NCBI GenBank assembly: GCA_963706575.1
Contig: CAVPNL010000005.1
Coordinates: 192,001-256,000 of the forward strand
From: an uncultured delta proteobacterium
Lineage (GTDB): Bacteria > Desulfobacterota > Desulfobacteria > Desulfobacterales > JAHEIW01
Reading direction: 5' to 3'
DNA length: 64,000 bases
The notes below the pieces were generated by a model. The model did not search any database. It saw only the letters and a list, made by a program, of their open reading frames with translations, and was not told the DNA's origin. How positions within the stretch are numbered: position 1 is the first letter of the stretch; every line of letters begins with the position of its first letter. Shown here one piece after another: positions 19,890 through 30,902 of the stretch. The position numbers were made by a program, and so were the translations under genes.

Positions 19890-20765
19890 TCATTCCAGTC
19901 CCGACTGTTCCCGAATGCTGCGGCCGATGGCAGAGACATCATCGTCACCATAGCCTCTGGCGATCAGGCCGTTTTCGATTTGGGCCACCAGTGCCGTGGC
20001 AGGCAGTGTGACTTCTAGCTCACGGGCGGTGTCCAGAGCAATCCGCAGATCCTTATGGTGCAACCTGACCCGGAAACCAAGCGGGTAAGTGTTGTTGACC
20101 ACATTGATGCCCCTGTTGTGTAAAACCCATGAGCTGGCGGCTCCGCCGCTGATGGCCTGGATCACTTTTTCCATATCCAGGCCGGCTTTCATGCCCAGGG
20201 TTAAACCTTCGGCCACGGTAAGATAGGTGCCGGAAATGAGAATCTGGTTGATCGCTTTGGTAATTTGACCGGCGCCGATGGGTCCCACATGGGTGACGGT
20301 TTTTCCCATGATCTCCAATATGGGCAGTGCTTTTTCGAAATCGGCGGCATCTCCGCCGACCATAATGGCCAGGGTTCCCTGCTGTGCCCCTTCCGGCCCG
20401 CCGGAAACCGGTGCATCCAGCATTTTTATGCCTTTTTTGCTCAGTTCTTCCGCCATTTGACGGGTGGCTGTCGGGCTGATAGTGGACATGTCGATGACAA
20501 TTGCGCCTTGCGGAGCGCCTTGGATGACGCCGTTTGCACCCAGAACCACCGCCTCAACATCCGGTGTATCGCTGACCATGGTGACAATTATCTCGGCGCC
20601 CTCTGCGGCTTCCTTGGGCGATTGCGCCCGCTTGGCGCCTTCTTTGGCAACGGCTTCTTCCTTTTGCCGGGTGCGGTTATGAACGGTGACTTCGTGACCG
20701 GCTTTGAGAAGATTGAGGGACATGCCGATTCCCATGGTACCCAGACCGATAAATGCAATTTTCAT
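19890..20765 (-). CDS. NAD(P)-dependent beta-hydroxyacid dehydrogenase (3-hydroxyisobutyrate dehydrogenase / tartronate semialdehyde reductase family)
   Basis: GLGTMG, DAPVSGG, GAGQITKAINQ and KDL motifs. Confidence 0.92.
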   Translation of the reverse strand: MKIAFIGLGTMGIGMSLNLLKAGHEVTVHNRTRQKEEAVAKEGAKRAQSPKEAAEGAEIIVTMVSDTPDVEAVVLGANGVIQGAPQGAIVIDMSTISPTATRQMAEELSKKGIKMLDAPVSGGPEGAQQGTLAIMVGGDAADFEKALPILEIMGKTVTHVGPIGAGQITKAINQILISGTYLTVAEGLTLGMKAGLDMEKVIQAISGGAASSWVLHNRGINVVNNTYPLGFRVRLHHKDLRIALDTARELEVTLPATALVAQIENGLIARGYGDDDVSAIGRSIREQSGLE

Positions 20766-20841
20766 GTTTGTCCTCCCTTGTGCGTAGGTATTATAAATCA
20801 ATTGTAGAGATAGTTTGGTAGTGATTTAGCTTAAACATTAT

Positions 20842-21139
20842 AGGTTCAGGGTTCAGGGTTCAAAGGTTCCGGTTTGCAGATTATACAGATCACCAGAAGA
20901 TTGCTTTGAGCCCTATTTTTGACTTGTCATTTTCCGGCCTGAGTTGTCCTCCAGGGGCTCTGACTTGTCGTTTTCCGGCTTAATCCGGCAGGTCCATAAA
21001 GGCTGTAGGGCTGGCCTCTGTGCCAGCCATCAAAAGGCAGCCGCAGAGGGCTGCCCTACGCTCCGGTTTTTAGCTGATCTCTGACCTCTGTCTTCTGTTA
21101 TCTAACTTCTGAACCCTTGAACCCTGAACCTTTGAACCT
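20842..21139. repeat. Nested inverted heptamer array enclosing a direct repeat and a GTAG REP doublet (21005-21059)
   Basis: Outer GGTTCAG / CTGAACC arms; middle CAGA / TCTG arms; TGACTTGTCRTTTTCCGGC twice; GTAGGGCTGGCC...GGGCTGCCCTAC. Confidence 0.8.
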
Positions 21140-21144
21140 GACAC

Positions 21145-22525
21145 CTACAAAAAGATTTTCCCCGGATTGAGCAGGCCTTTGGGGTCAATCAGGTCTTTGA
21201 TCTGACGCATGAGATGATAACTCTGACCGTGCTCCAGTTCCATATATTTCCGTTTTCCGATACCAATACCATGTTCGCCGGTACATGTGCCGCCAAGCTC
21301 TACCGCACGGGTCACAATCTGATCGTTGATTTTTTCCAATGTTGACCATTCTTTTTCATTGTCGGGGTCGCCCACCAGAACCACATGCAGATTCCCATCT
21401 CCGGCATGTCCAAAGACATAACCGGATGCCTTGTTATCGTCTACCAGTTTCTGCGAAAAAACGATCATTTCAGGGTAGCGGGAAATGGGAACCGCTGCAT
21501 CCACAATGAGGGTTTCATTGCCCGGATGGGCGCGGTGAATGGTTTCCCAGGCTTCGTGGCGGGCGCGCCAGAGTTCGATTCGTTCACTGGCTTCCACGCC
21601 GAATCTAAAACCGGTCGCACCGCAATCTTCACATAGTTCTTTAACGAGATCGGCGGTTTCCTGCAGGGTGGCTTTGCTGATGCCGTGAAATTCACAGAAA
21701 AGGGATGGTACTTCCGGCAGCCCCAGATCTTTTTCACGGTTCATCAGGTTGATGAGTTCCGGTGTCAGTAATTCAAGCGCCGCGGGTTCCAATCCGGAAC
21801 CGATCATCAAGGACACGGTCTGAGAGGCTTCATCCAGTTCGTTAAATGTTATCGTAATTGCCAGATGGTGGGTGGGAATACCGGTGAGCCGAAGCGTGGC
21901 TTCGGTCACCACCCCCAGGGTGCCTTCAGATCCGACAAACAGCCGGGACAAATCATAACCGGAAGAGGATTTATGCGCTTTGCAGCCCGTATGGATAATG
22001 TTGCCCTGGGGTAACACAACCGTGAGTTTCATGACATAATCTTTGGTCGCTCCGTATTTGACGGTTTGCACCCCCGATGCATTATTGGCGATCATTCCGC
22101 CGATGGACGCATCGGCACCGGGGTCGGGCGGAAAAAACAAACCCTGCTTTCCGGCCTGGCGGTTCAACTCCTTTCGCAGCACGCCGGGCTGGACATCGGC
22201 CTGAAGATCCTGGGGCCGGATTTCCAGAATTTTATCCATCTGCGTCATGTCCATTACCAATCCGCCCCGGGTGGGTACAGGGTTTCCCTCTGTACTGGTT
22301 CCGGCGCCCCACGGTGTGACCGGCACTTCCTGTTCATATGCCCAGGTCAAAATGCGGGATACTTCTTCGGTGGTATGCGGCCAGATAATTCCGGCGGGCA
22401 GGACACCCTGGTGTGCCGAAATATCATGCAGATGCAGTTCACGATTGGACTGGCCGGTTGAAAACCGCTGCGGATCCACACAGGCCGATAAAGCCGAAAT
22501 TTGGTCCTTGTGTAAATTCCTTCAT
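21145..22525 (-). CDS. FAD-binding oxidoreductase, D-lactate / D-2-hydroxyacid dehydrogenase (GlcD-like); probable indel near the 5' end
   Basis: PPDPG, GSEGTLG, GHAGDGNLH, GEHGIG and LNPGKI motifs. Confidence 0.9.
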
Positions 22526-22645
22526 AATTCAATTCTCCCGGGATTTTTATCTCTGATCAGGCCGACAGGTGCCGAAAAGTATAGGAAATGGTTGAGAATC
22601 TTCACGTGTATATTAGCAAAATGGGCAAGGATCAATAAAAAATAT

Positions 22646-23998
22646 TCAACCGCCTCGCTGCGGCCCATTCTGTCTTTTTCGGCACAGGTAATCAAAAAGG
22701 TTCAGATTTTGGCAAAGTTCGGCCCTATAAACCGGTATCGTGTAGGGGCCATCCGGGATGACGGCAACCTGTTTGTCATTCTGAAGCCGCACACAGGATT
22801 GCAGGGTCTCGGATAAAGATGTCACCTGCCGCACACCGGTAATCGATTGCTGACTATCCGACAGCATTTTACTATAGAGGTGAATTGAGCCGAGACGCAT
22901 GGGCTTAATCTGCATTTCAGTCTCCCATTCATCAATTTCGGCGATCTGCTTGGAATTTAAATGCTTCAAAAATTTTTCAGGTCCCATCTGCTGCAACTGT
23001 TTCTGCGCCTGAATATACTCTTTTGAGCCGATGCCTTCGGAACACTCGGATACAATTACCAGATTGCCGCCTGGCTTCAGGATGTCCATGGCACCCACCA
23101 TGCCTTTAACGGTCTGGTAATAGTTTTTATCCAGCGGATAACCACCGCCGCTGGTGATAATTGTGGCGAATTTTTGCGCCACCGGAATTTCGACAAATGG
23201 TTTAAGAAATTTTACCGCCTCCAGGTGACTTTTTTCGATTTCGCCATAGTTGATAAAGGCCATGCGGCGCTGCTCATCGATAACGGTGTTTATGGCCATT
23301 GTCTTCGGAAGTTTTTGCACAATTTCCAGCTGGATTTTGTGAAGAGGATTGCCTTCGAGCACACAGTTGGCTGCTTGCGGATCTTCAAGATAGCGCGCGG
23401 TGTGGAACCGACGAATGGTATCCTGATGGGCAATACCGGGCATAATCACTTTGCGGCCACCGGAAAATCCTGCCATAAAATGAGGTTCCACCAGGCCGGT
23501 GACGATTTTTAGATCGGCGTCGACAAAACGGCGGTCCAGGCGAATCGGTAAACCATCTGTGGTCTTTCCGAGGTCGGTATGGTCTTCGGCGTTTCGTGCG
23601 TAATGGTTCTCCACTTTTACGGTATCCAGCACCCAGGAATCACCGACCAGTTCTACAAGCTCAGCGCCTTGATTCGGGCGGTGAAGGCCCGTGGCAACCA
23701 GGATGGTAATGGCATTTGGTTGAATACCGTCTTCAATTAAGCGGCGGAGCAAAACCGGCAAAATGGTTCCATTCGGCACGGGTCGCGTTATATCGCATAT
23801 TAATATACAGACGGTCGAAGCATTTTGGGCTGATTCCGCCAAGGGTGGTGCGCCGACAGGGTTGCTTAGCGCCTGCTGTAGAGACTGCTGCGGATTTTCA
23901 AGCAGGGGCATGTCTTTTTTTTCAATCCGCACAATGGACCAGTCGTCCGGGAATTCGATATCCAATCCAGTTTTGCCGTATTTCATCTTAATCTGCAT
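22646..23998 (-). CDS. larA: Nickel-pincer-dependent lactate / 2-hydroxyacid racemase
   Basis: DITRPVP, ATGLHR, HFMAGFSGGRK and YQTVKG motifs; AGGAGG before ATG at 23998. Confidence 0.9.
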   Translation of the reverse strand: MQIKMKYGKTGLDIEFPDDWSIVRIEKKDMPLLENPQQSLQQALSNPVGAPPLAESAQNASTVCILICDITRPVPNGTILPVLLRRLIEDGIQPNAITILVATGLHRPNQGAELVELVGDSWVLDTVKVENHYARNAEDHTDLGKTTDGLPIRLDRRFVDADLKIVTGLVEPHFMAGFSGGRKVIMPGIAHQDTIRRFHTARYLEDPQAANCVLEGNPLHKIQLEIVQKLPKTMAINTVIDEQRRMAFINYGEIEKSHLEAVKFLKPFVEIPVAQKFATIITSGGGYPLDKNYYQTVKGMVGAMDILKPGGNLVIVSECSEGIGSKEYIQAQKQLQQMGPEKFLKHLNSKQIAEIDEWETEMQIKPMRLGSIHLYSKMLSDSQQSITGVRQVTSLSETLQSCVRLQNDKQVAVIPDGPYTIPVYRAELCQNLNLFDYLCRKRQNGPQRGG

Positions 23999-24193
23999 AC
24001 CAATCCTCCTGTTCACAATGTGCGCATATTTTGCAAGCAGCGACTTGACGAGCGTAATTGCTTCACCCCGTCCCGGGCGCAACTGTCGGCCCGATGTTAG
24101 TGGCAAACTTCTGATAAAAGAGTGCGCCGAGTCCCCATACAGACCAGGCCAGACGGAAGCGGAGGTGCATTTCTGTGCATCGGGGTTACCTGC

Positions 24194-24862
24194 TTAAGAT
24201 AAAATGAGAACAATCAGTTCCTTCGGCCCGTGCACCCCGAAGGCAAGGATCAGTTCAATATCTGCTGTTTTGGAGGGGCCGGAAATTAGAACGGCATTCG
24301 TCGGCATTTTTTCCGGCCAATTTTGCGTCTGCATGGCCTCACCAAATGTGTTAAATATTTTATCCGCATCTAGTACGGCGATATGAACCGGCGGGACCAG
24401 AGACATTGAGCGCGGCTCTTTTTTATCCGGCCAGAGAATAACCGCGCCGGTTTCGGCAATTCCGCCCAGCGTTGAGGTGATGGCGGCATCCGTATGAAAT
24501 AACCGATCTTTAAAATTTTCGATATGACCCAAGTAGGTGACCAGTTCCGGCAGTCCGTCATTTTCATCTTCAGCCGGCCAATGTTTTTGAAGTGTATCAC
24601 CGACGATTGTTTGCGGTGCGTATAGCAGCGTTTTTATGTCACGCTTTTTCAGGATGCCTTTTAAGGGTTCGATCCAATTTTGGGCCTCGACAACATGGAC
24701 CTCTGTACGAACCGCTTCCATAAAGCCTTTTAGTTTATCAATCTTTTCATCACGGCCAAGTTTTTCAAAAGGCAAACCGGATGCCAACGATTCAGGCGAT
24801 GAGACCTGTTTGCCGGCGCCGTGCAATCGGCTCAATATTCGATCCCGTGAGCGGTTACTCAT
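24194..24862 (-). CDS. lutC: Lactate utilization protein C (LldG)
   Basis: AETG, SLVPPVH and ISGPSKTADIE...GVHGP motifs. Confidence 0.92.
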   Translation of the reverse strand: MSNRSRDRILSRLHGAGKQVSSPESLASGLPFEKLGRDEKIDKLKGFMEAVRTEVHVVEAQNWIEPLKGILKKRDIKTLLYAPQTIVGDTLQKHWPAEDENDGLPELVTYLGHIENFKDRLFHTDAAITSTLGGIAETGAVILWPDKKEPRSMSLVPPVHIAVLDADKIFNTFGEAMQTQNWPEKMPTNAVLISGPSKTADIELILAFGVHGPKELIVLILS

Positions 24863-26285
24863 TTTCTACTCCCTGTTCTTCGACAAGTTGATGCAAACTT
24901 TTTTTAGCAAATCTCGGAATGGTTCGGTACCGCTTCCACTGCTTTAAGGGGCCCAGTGGCGGGATTTTGGAACCCACAACGCCCATTATTTTACGGCCGA
25001 TGGCATTGAGCCGCGGACGGGTATTGATCACTTCCCACCCTTTCCAGGCCAGCGAATCGGTCAGATTTTGCTGGCAGCCGCATTCTTTTACCGTGCAGGA
25101 TGGTTCGCTGGAATAGCTTTCGTTTCTCAAGCGGCGCAGTAACTGTGGAATGGGTATTTTTACCGGGCAGACCTCGGCACAGGCCTCACACAGGCTGGAT
25201 GCCGTCGCCAAAATACCGGCTTTTTTTAATCCTTCAACCTGGGGATTTAAGATTTTTCCGATAGGACCCGGATAAACAAAACCGTAGGCGTGGCCGCCGA
25301 TGCGAGTATAAACCGGGCAATGGTTTAAGCAGGTGCCACAGCGAATGCACTGCAATGTCTGCCGCAGTTCCGGGTCAGCCAGGATTTCAGAGCGGCCATT
25401 GTCTAAAAAAATCAGATGGACTTCTTGCGGTCCATCTTTTTCACCGTTTTTGCGAGGAGAGGTGATCATATTGACATAGGTGGTGATCAACTGCCCGGTG
25501 GCCGAACCGGTCAGCAAACGCAGCAATGGCGGGACGTCCGCCAATTTTTCGACCACTTTTTCCAGGCCCATTACGGCGATATGCACCGGCGGCACCGTGG
25601 TGCACATGCGGCCGTTGCCTTCATTTTCAACCAGGCAGAGCGTGCCGGTTTCCGCGACTGCGATATTGACGCCGCTCAGACCGACCTGGGCGTCAAAAAA
25701 TTTCTGGCGCAGTGTTTTTCGAGCAATGGCATTGAGCGCTTCAACATCCTCGGTATAGGGTGTATCGGGAATCTTTTTATGGAAGATTTGGGCAATCTGT
25801 TTTTTATTTTTGTGGATCGCCGGTACGATGATATGAGAGGGCTTTTCGTTATTTAACTGGATAATGAATTCGCCCAGATCCGTTTCAGTGGCTTCGATCC
25901 CGTTTTGATCTAAAAATTCATTCAGCCCCATTTCCTCCGAGACCATGGATTTGCCTTTGACCAACCGGATGGCCCTGTGCGCTTTCATGACCCGCAATAC
26001 ATGCTGATTGGCCTCGGCGGTGGTCTCGGCCCAATGGACCTGGATACCATTCCGGGTGCATTTTTCCTCCAGCTGTTCCAGCAGGCGCGCCAGTTTGCTC
26101 AGGGCCCGCTTTTTGATGGCATTCCCTGACTCTCTAAGGCGCTCGGTTTCGTTTTTATCGGAGAATATCTGCTGGCGCTTCTGAATAAAATTTCCCATGG
26201 CAAACTTGAAATTTTTGCGCAGCTGTTTGTCTTTTAGCGCCTGCGAGACGTTTCGGGTAAAATCAAATTCGATATTATTTGCCAT
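24855..26285 (-). CDS. lutB: Lactate utilization Fe-S protein B (LldF)
   Basis: KGKSMVSEE, ETDLGE, ENEGN and CIRCGTCLNHCPVY motifs. Confidence 0.95.
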   Translation of the reverse strand: MANNIEFDFTRNVSQALKDKQLRKNFKFAMGNFIQKRQQIFSDKNETERLRESGNAIKKRALSKLARLLEQLEEKCTRNGIQVHWAETTAEANQHVLRVMKAHRAIRLVKGKSMVSEEMGLNEFLDQNGIEATETDLGEFIIQLNNEKPSHIIVPAIHKNKKQIAQIFHKKIPDTPYTEDVEALNAIARKTLRQKFFDAQVGLSGVNIAVAETGTLCLVENEGNGRMCTTVPPVHIAVMGLEKVVEKLADVPPLLRLLTGSATGQLITTYVNMITSPRKNGEKDGPQEVHLIFLDNGRSEILADPELRQTLQCIRCGTCLNHCPVYTRIGGHAYGFVYPGPIGKILNPQVEGLKKAGILATASSLCEACAEVCPVKIPIPQLLRRLRNESYSSEPSCTVKECGCQQNLTDSLAWKGWEVINTRPRLNAIGRKIMGVVGSKIPPLGPLKQWKRYRTIPRFAKKSLHQLVEEQGVENE

Positions 26286-27028
26286 TGATCCGCTCCCAGA
26301 TAAATTCAGCCAGATGCTGTCCTTTTATGGGTGAGTTTTGAAATTTCATAGCGCCATCGATATTCATCAGACACCCGCAATCACCGGCCAATAAACGCGC
26401 AGCACCGGTCTGGCGAATATCTTCAACTTTATCGGCGACCATGGCGCCGGAAATATCCGCGTTGCTTGACCGCAAAGGTCCCGCCGAAACCGCAGCATTC
26501 ACTTTCATTTTGCAGCTCAACCAGCTCAACGTTTTTCAATTGCCGGATCAGTGATTTGGAGTCCTCGATAACCCCCATTTCCCGCAGCGCATGACAGGAG
26601 GAATGCCAGGTGACTTTAACCGGCCGGCCGCGGTCCTTAAGCTTTATTTTTAGCACCTGCACTAAAAATTCGGAAAGCTCAACGATCCGGTTTGAAAATC
26701 GCTTGACCGCATCTAAATTCGAATCTTGGGCAAACAGGTATGGATAGTGATGCTTCATCATCCCGGCACACGATCCCGATGGGACGACAATCGGGTAGTC
26801 CTCCGTAAACAGCTGGATTTGCTGCAGGGCGACCTTCCTGGCCTCTTTGGGGAATCCGGAATTATAGGCGGGCTGACCGCAACAGGTTTGTTCCGGAGGG
26901 AAAATTACCCGGATGCCTTCACGCCGGATAAGGTTGAGTCCGGCCATGCCGGCTTCAGGATAAAACATGTCGATCAGGCAGGTACCAAAATAGTAAACGC
27001 TGTCCGGTTTTTGAGAATATTCACCCAT
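26275..27028 (-). CDS. lutA: Lactate utilization CCG-domain protein A (LldE); indel near 26465
   Basis: QTCCGQP, SGSC, HSSCH, CCGFGG and DCGCLMNI motifs in two frames. Confidence 0.92.
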
Positions 27029-27273
27029 GGTTTTCTGACCCTCTTTAGGGGTTGTACAACTTCGATACGAAGGTTGATCTGCGCCAGCGCAATTTGAATA
27101 TGACGTTTTAACCTTATTTGCGGTCTTTAATCAAGACCAGAATGCGGTGCAGATTGGATCTGCTGAGGCCAGACGGATTACCCAGCGATTTTATATTCGG
27201 GTTTTCATATTATGCAAAATATCTTAACGGAGGAAATTTGCTGTTTGACGCGGCGACGGTTTTGACCTATATC

Positions 27274-27467
27274 TAGAACCCATCTCAAAAATGTCTTTTG
27301 GCCCCATATCTTTGTTGGTGCCTCGCTTTAAATCCTCGACATACAACAGTATGCCTCCGGTTTACGACCCACAAAGAGGATTTAATCAGGCGGGAAGTCC
27401 AGCAACGCTGGAAAGCTCGGCCCCGTCGCAATCTTGAACCAAAATCCTATTTTTGAGATGGGTTCTA
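27274..27467. mobile_element. MITE-like non-autonomous element (194 bp)
   Basis: Perfect 19-bp terminal inverted repeat TAGAACCCATCTCAAAAAT; no ORF; internal CATAC-N4-GTATG stem. Confidence 0.75.
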
Positions 27468-27555
27468 AATAGCCGGGCACAATTCTTTTTAAAATGTTAT
27501 TTATTTCAAGTCAGACTGTATTTTTAGAGCGGGTTCGTTTTCAGAATAATAGGAG

Positions 27556-29082
27556 GTGAAGATGAATCTCGGTTTGCTTTTTTCCCACCATGCCCGATAT
27601 CGTCCCGATCATCTGGCTGTCGTATTCGAAGATCAACGCCTCACGTGGTCTGAATTTAACAGACAGATCAATCGTCTGGCAAATGCATTGGTCAACTTAG
27701 GCATTCAAAAAGGAGATAAAGTCGCCACAATTCTTCCGAACTGCCTTGAGTTGCTTGAAATTTACTGGGCCATCGCCCAAATAGGGGCCGTTGTCGTGCC
27801 GGCAAGTACGCTGCTTCTAGAGCAGGCCATGAAAACATTGCTGCAGGATTCAGATTCAGTCTTGCTCATTACCAATTCTCAGTTTGTCGATAAGATCGAC
27901 GCCATCAAACCTGAACTGCCGGCAATTGCTGAGGATCGTTATATTCTGACCGACGGTGCAAACCACGCCGGGTATCTGGATTATCATGCACTGAAGTCAG
28001 CCGCGAGTGATGAGGAGCCAAAGGGCATTGTGGTCAACCCGGATGATGTGTTTAATATCATGTACAGCAGCGGCACCACCGGTCTGCCCAAGGGAATTGT
28101 GCATACCCATTATATTCGCTGTATGTATGCCAACTCATTTGCGGCGGCTTTTCGAATGACGCCCGAAAGTGTGACCATGCATGCCGGGGCGATTGTATTC
28201 AATGGCGCATTTGTTGATTTGATGCCAACGATGTTTCTCGGGGCGACTTATATCCTATTGAGCCAATTTGATCCTGTCAGCTATATCGAAACCGTTGAGC
28301 GCGAAAAGGTCACCCATATCATGGTGGTCCCCGCTCAGATCATTGCAATGCTGAATGCCCCCAATTTTTCATCCAGGGCATTGGAATCGCTGGAGATGAT
28401 CCTTTCATTGGGCGCTCCCTTGCTCAAGCAGCATAAAGCTGAGCTGAACAAACGGTTGCCCGGTAGATTCTATGAACTTTATGGCCTGACCGAGGGCTTT
28501 GTAACCATTCTCGACAAAGAAGATTATGCTGCCAAACCGGATTCAGTGGGCGTACCGCCGCCTTTCTTTGAGATGCGGATATTGGATGAAAGCGGCAAAG
28601 ATCTTCCTCCTGGCGAAGTGGGAGAGATCTGCGGCCGAGGTCCGATTTTGATGCCAAGTTACTACAAACGGCCCGATCTGACCGCCGAGGCCATTCAAGA
28701 CGGCTGGCTGCATTCGGGGGACATGGGCTATGTCGACGACGATGGCTTTTTATATCTGGTAGACCGCAAAAAGGATATGATTATTTCCGGCGGCGTCAAC
28801 GTTTATCCCAGGGACATTGAAGAGATCGTTGCCCGGCATCCGGCCGTGCAGGATGTTGCGGTCTTTGGCATCCCCCACGATAAATGGGGAGAGACACCCC
28901 TGGCGGTTGTAACATTGCTGCAGCCAGGCAGTATTGCCTCAGAAGAACTTAAAAACTGGATCAACCAGCACGTTGCGGCCAAATTTCAGAGGGTTCATGA
29001 TGTGGTCATTGTGGAAGAGTTTCCCCGCAATGTAGCCGGCAAAATTCTCAAGCGTGTTATGCGTGAAGATTATCGTACATGA
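27556..29082 (+). CDS. Acyl-CoA synthetase / AMP-binding enzyme
   Basis: YSSGTTGLPKG, YGLTE, SGD, DRKKD and AGKILK motifs. Confidence 0.92.
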   Translation: MKMNLGLLFSHHARYRPDHLAVVFEDQRLTWSEFNRQINRLANALVNLGIQKGDKVATILPNCLELLEIYWAIAQIGAVVVPASTLLLEQAMKTLLQDSDSVLLITNSQFVDKIDAIKPELPAIAEDRYILTDGANHAGYLDYHALKSAASDEEPKGIVVNPDDVFNIMYSSGTTGLPKGIVHTHYIRCMYANSFAAAFRMTPESVTMHAGAIVFNGAFVDLMPTMFLGATYILLSQFDPVSYIETVEREKVTHIMVVPAQIIAMLNAPNFSSRALESLEMILSLGAPLLKQHKAELNKRLPGRFYELYGLTEGFVTILDKEDYAAKPDSVGVPPPFFEMRILDESGKDLPPGEVGEICGRGPILMPSYYKRPDLTAEAIQDGWLHSGDMGYVDDDGFLYLVDRKKDMIISGGVNVYPRDIEEIVARHPAVQDVAVFGIPHDKWGETPLAVVTLLQPGSIASEELKNWINQHVAAKFQRVHDVVIVEEFPRNVAGKILKRVMREDYRT

Positions 29083-29274
29083 GATAACCCGGGGCATTTA
29101 GCGCCTGTTGTTTTTCGATTGATACTCGACAAATCGAAACTTCTTATTCTTACCGTTGTCTTCTCATCGATTTGACATTTCGCAAAAAAGTCAACACCTT
29201 GAAAATACTTGTACCAACGTTTGCGGTAGCGTAATATAGCAACTTTGCCTAAGGTTCATATACAAGGAGGCACA

Positions 29275-30654
29275 ATGATCCAGAAGGGAATATTGAAAGC
29301 GTTTAAAGAGGCCGTCGGAGCCGATAATGTTTTCAGCGACCCGGCTGATCTGTATACCTATTCCTACGATGCGGCCGTAGTGGATCCGGTCCTGCCGGGA
29401 CTGGCTCTGCGGCCGACTAACGCTGAGGCATTAAGCCGGGTGGTGCGGCTATGCAACGAAAACCGGCTGCCGTTAACCGTTCGGGGTGCCGGCACCAATT
29501 TAAGCGGGGGGACCGTGCCTTCATCCAGCGGGGTGGTGGTTCTCACCAATGCCCTGAATCAGATCCTGGAAATAAACGAAGCGGATATGTATGCCGTGGT
29601 TGAACCGGGGGTGGTAACGGCCAGGCTGGCTGCTGCGGTGGAAGCCCGGGGCCTGTTTTATCCGCCGGACCCCGGCAGTCAGGCGGTCTCAACCCTGGGC
29701 GGAAATGTTGCCGAAAACGCCGGGGGGTTGCGCGGCTTAAAATACGGGGTTACGCGTGATTATGTCATGGGGCTTCAATTTTTTGATGTCAACGGGGAAG
29801 CGGTGACCACCGGATCGCGAACCGTCAAATGTGCAACCGGATATAACCTGACCGGCCTGATGGTGGGCTCGGAGGGCACCCTGGGCGTATTTAGCAAAAT
29901 TACGCTGAAACTCATCCCGTTGCCGGCGCATCAGAAGGCCATGGTGGCGGTGTTTGATCAAATGGAAAAGGCGTCTGAAACCGTCGCGGCCATTATTGCC
30001 GATCATATTGTTCCGGCAACTTTGGAGTTTATGGACAATTTTACCATTCGTGCGGTGGAAGATTACAGCCGGGTGGGGCTTCCCGTGGATGCCGCCGCGC
30101 TTTTGCTGATTGAAGTCGACGGGCATCCGGCCCAGGTCGAAGAAGACGCCCGCAAAGTCGAATCGTTGTGCCGGAAATTGGGGGCAACCTCGATTAAAGT
30201 GGCAGCCGATGCCGCCGAGCGGGACAATGTCTGGGAGGCCAGGCGCAGCGCCCTTTCAGCGCTGGCCAAGTTAAAACCCACCCTGGTTCTGGAAGATGCC
30301 ACCGTGCCCCGAAGCAAAATTCCGGATATGGTACGGGCCATGCAGGACATCAGCCGGCAGTACGGCATTGAAATCGGCACTTTCGGTCATGCCGGAGACG
30401 GCAATCTGCATCCGACGATTCTGACCGACCGCCGCAACAAACAGGAATGGGAAAAGGTGGAAGCGGCAATTGCAGCCATCTTTGACCGCGCGCTGGAACT
30501 GGGCGGCACCCTCTCGGGCGAACACGGAACCGGGATTGCCAAATCCTGTTTTCTGGAAAAAGAAACCAGCCCGGCCACCATTATTTATTCAAAACGCGTG
30601 AAATCGGCGCTGGATCCGAATAATATACTCAACCCCGGTAAAATTATTGGCTAA
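29275..30654 (+). CDS. glcD: Glycolate / D-lactate oxidase FAD subunit
   Basis: RGAGTNLSGG, YPPDPGS, GSEGTLG, GHAGDGNLH and GEHG motifs; RBS before ATG at 29275. Confidence 0.9.
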   Translation: MIQKGILKAFKEAVGADNVFSDPADLYTYSYDAAVVDPVLPGLALRPTNAEALSRVVRLCNENRLPLTVRGAGTNLSGGTVPSSSGVVVLTNALNQILEINEADMYAVVEPGVVTARLAAAVEARGLFYPPDPGSQAVSTLGGNVAENAGGLRGLKYGVTRDYVMGLQFFDVNGEAVTTGSRTVKCATGYNLTGLMVGSEGTLGVFSKITLKLIPLPAHQKAMVAVFDQMEKASETVAAIIADHIVPATLEFMDNFTIRAVEDYSRVGLPVDAAALLLIEVDGHPAQVEEDARKVESLCRKLGATSIKVAADAAERDNVWEARRSALSALAKLKPTLVLEDATVPRSKIPDMVRAMQDISRQYGIEIGTFGHAGDGNLHPTILTDRRNKQEWEKVEAAIAAIFDRALELGGTLSGEHGTGIAKSCFLEKETSPATIIYSKRVKSALDPNNILNPGKIIG

Positions 30655-30724
30655 CCAGCAAAATCCTATATTTTGTCCAATAGCGGCGTTACATCGCTTC
30701 AAAAGGCTCACAAAAAAATGATCT

Positions 30725-30826
30725 AAAATGCCTAAAGTTACGGTGTCGCTGCGTTCCATCTTCTATATAAAATGACAGAATTCCTCAACTTTAGGCACTT
30801 TGAATTTTAGTTCATTTTAGGCATTT
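30725..30826. repeat. Inverted repeat array (AAATGCCTAAA-like) between glcD and glcF
   Basis: AAAATGCCTAAAGTT ... AACTTTAGGCACTTT ... TTTTAGGCATTT. Confidence 0.65.
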
Positions 30827-30902
30827 GAAATTTAACTTTATCCTTAAAATGACAAGACACATTATTTTTTCAACACCAAAAAGACAAAACCGGGAATGAT
30901 AA

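Noticed and set aside
24000..24190. Riboswitch or N-terminal extension upstream of larA
   Set aside because: No known motif recognised; the strong RBS supports the start at 23998
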